A DNA stretch of 63,802 nt, filler included, from Pirum gemmata (Eukaryota), in assembly GCA_002812295.1 (NCBI GenBank). It is 23 parts of 23 records of this genome, joined end to end, with 100 filler letters (N's around TTAATTAATTAA, not from the genome) between each part and the next. Parts side by side here need not be neighbours in the genome. Positions count along the whole stretch, not along the records: positions 61,366 to 63,802 come from PDIN01006394.1; 22 more parts are not named here. The stretch is one strand, 5' to 3'. This document shows positions 62,139 to 63,802 of this stretch, in pieces. Both the position numbers and the translations under genes were made by a program. The number at the start of each line of letters is the position of its first letter. Position 1 is the first letter of the stretch. A model generated the notes under the pieces. That model made no database searches and was not told where the DNA came from. It was given only the letters and a program-made list of their open reading frames with translations.

Positions 62139-63740
62139 TTAATGCTCTTTTAACATAAATAAAGAATCAAACCCAAATCCAGCCACACCATTTACTAATA
62201 TACCCAATAACACACTTTGACTAATAATACTAATTCTATTTGAAAAACAAGTAAAAGGCAGTAATAACAAAGCTAACGTATAATGATGAAAATGAAATTT
62301 CAACAACGGAGCAAAGAAATGCATAAGCACGATACCTACTAAGGTAATAAATAATACACAACACATACCTAATAAATATTTTCTCACTAATCCTTTTTTG
62401 TAAATTAAATAAGAGTGAAACGTGATCAACAAAATTACCAATACTGCCAATATGCAAACAGCAACAATTTGGCCTGGATTAAAATTACCTAAACCACTAT
62501 TAGTACTGATAGTAAAATTCAAAACTGGCTTCACGTAGGACATGTGGGTGGATATAAAAGCCGGTATCCAATAAAATAAAATAGAATCAAGTATATAACT
62601 TGGATCACTAACTTTGAATAGACTTTTTTCAACAACATAATCATATATTAAAACACAAGAAAAACAAAAAGGTAAAAACTGTGCTAACAGATGTTGTAAA
62701 TAATAATAAGTGTGATGAGGTTGACTAACTAAACCACAATACCAATATAATAATACCATGATTGTGTAAAAATATATTTTTTTTGTTGGTGTGAATAAAC
62801 TAAAAACAATTACACTAAAAAATACAATTACTCCTATTACATCATTATAATAATAACAATGTACACATTGTTGTTCTTCGATGTTTTTGAATTCATAAAC
62901 AAAATCAACACCCTGTTTCAAATCTAGAGTTATATTCATATATTGCTTTTTCAATAACGCACAACCGCCACGAACACTATCAACAACACCTGCATCCACT
63001 GCAGCTTTGCACACAGCACTATTACTTAAAAACAACAACTTACTAGTACCGTTATTGTTATCGTTAATATTACTATAATTATCACTAACTTTACTTGTGT
63101 CTAACGCCTGTCCGAAATATGGACACATAAAATCACAACGAATAGGTTTCCATTCACTAATACTTACATTAATCATGTCAATATTATGATTGATATGCTG
63201 ATTGTCTACCATGTCATTTTTATTAAATAAAAAATTACTATCAATATCCTCAAAAGTCTTAAAACAATCTACAATGTAAGGTTTAGTTCCATTTTGTAGT
63301 AATCCATTCGGAAAAACAAACGCGCTTACATTATTATATTTAAAAGCAATAACAATCCCCAGAGTTGATATTATACCTACTAAAAACAATATGAAACGAT
63401 GAACTCTTTTAGTTAAATTGACACAACAACTGTTACTAACATAATTGCCATCAGTTAATTCATGGTAATAATAATCATCATTTTCAATGATATTCTGTTT
63501 AAGAATTTTCTCTTTGAACCAGAACAATATAGGTTGAAGCTTTTCTTTTTGTTGTTGTTGTTGTTGTTGGTGTGGGAAATAAACTTTATCATCATCAACT
63601 AGTTCGCTGTCTTCGGAATCTGAATCTGAAGCAGCACTTGTAGAGGTAACGTTGTCGATGAACGGTATTGTATTAGACTCTTTATCTTGTAATAAACAAG
63701 TTTGTGAATTCATTTGATCAATATTATAGAGCGAATGCAT
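62139..63740 (-). CDS. LCCL-domain multi-pass membrane protein (fungal-type architecture), intronless
   Basis: 533-aa ORF. SAVCKAAVDAGVVDSVRGGC resembles the LCCL core; C-terminal HFHHYTLALLLLP...GILVNGVAGFGFDSL matches fungal LCCL membrane proteins. Confidence 0.85.
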   Translation of the reverse strand: MHSLYNIDQMNSQTCLLQDKESNTIPFIDNVTSTSAASDSDSEDSELVDDDKVYFPHQQQQQQQKEKLQPILFWFKEKILKQNIIENDDYYYHELTDGNYVSNSCCVNLTKRVHRFILFLVGIISTLGIVIAFKYNNVSAFVFPNGLLQNGTKPYIVDCFKTFEDIDSNFLFNKNDMVDNQHINHNIDMINVSISEWKPIRCDFMCPYFGQALDTSKVSDNYSNINDNNNGTSKLLFLSNSAVCKAAVDAGVVDSVRGGCALLKKQYMNITLDLKQGVDFVYEFKNIEEQQCVHCYYYNDVIGVIVFFSVIVFSLFTPTKKIYFYTIMVLLYWYCGLVSQPHHTYYYLQHLLAQFLPFCFSCVLIYDYVVEKSLFKVSDPSYILDSILFYWIPAFISTHMSYVKPVLNFTISTNSGLGNFNPGQIVAVCILAVLVILLITFHSYLIYKKGLVRKYLLGMCCVLFITLVGIVLMHFFAPLLKFHFHHYTLALLLLPFTCFSNRISIISQSVLLGILVNGVAGFGFDSLFMLKEH

Positions 63741-63802
63741 TTTAATGTTGTTAGGTTAGGGGTTAGGGGTTAGGGTTATAGGGGTTAGGGGTTAGGGGTT
63801 AG

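Noticed and set aside
1..63802. tRNA, rRNA, CRISPR arrays, prokaryotic operons or an alternative genetic code
   Set aside because: No cloverleaf, rRNA or repeat-spacer structure seen; long exons read cleanly in the standard code and end in TAA or TGA.

Overview
This window is not one locus. It is about 23 short (2-5 kb) contigs of a very AT-rich, intron-rich eukaryotic draft genome, joined by artificial 100-nt linkers (N44-TTAATTAATTAA-N44), so neighbourhood across linkers means nothing. Most ORFs in the supplied track are microsatellite artefacts. The real genes are spliced (GT-AG) and were rebuilt here by phase-matching exons. They include an exportin-4-like exon, an ankyrin-repeat protein, a Cys-rich (furin-like/VSP-like) type I membrane protein, a glycine-zipper plus Cys-rich protein, a RAI1/DXO-like nuclease, an ASPP-like coiled-coil/RVxF/ankyrin/SH3 protein, tyrosine-motif-rich receptor tails, a ThrE/Prm10-type exporter, an OvoA (ovothiol) exon and a fungal-type LCCL membrane protein. 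Decayed SWEET-, somatomedin-B- and TSP1-like sequences and a retroelement RNase H end are also present. Intergenic DNA carries about eight families of short repeats, most with terminal inverted repeats (MITE-like). The gene mix and TTAGGG repeats suggest a unicellular holozoan such as an ichthyosporean (inference only). The most striking unexplained pattern is in the introns. They are packed with telomere-derived and other simple repeats with strand polarity: CCCTAA/AC-rich tracts (containing the CTAAC branch-point motif) lie on the sense strand before often pyrimidine-poor acceptors, and TTAGGG/GT-rich tracts often follow donors. Comparing MITE copies also shows de novo (CCCTAA)n insertion into internal DNA.
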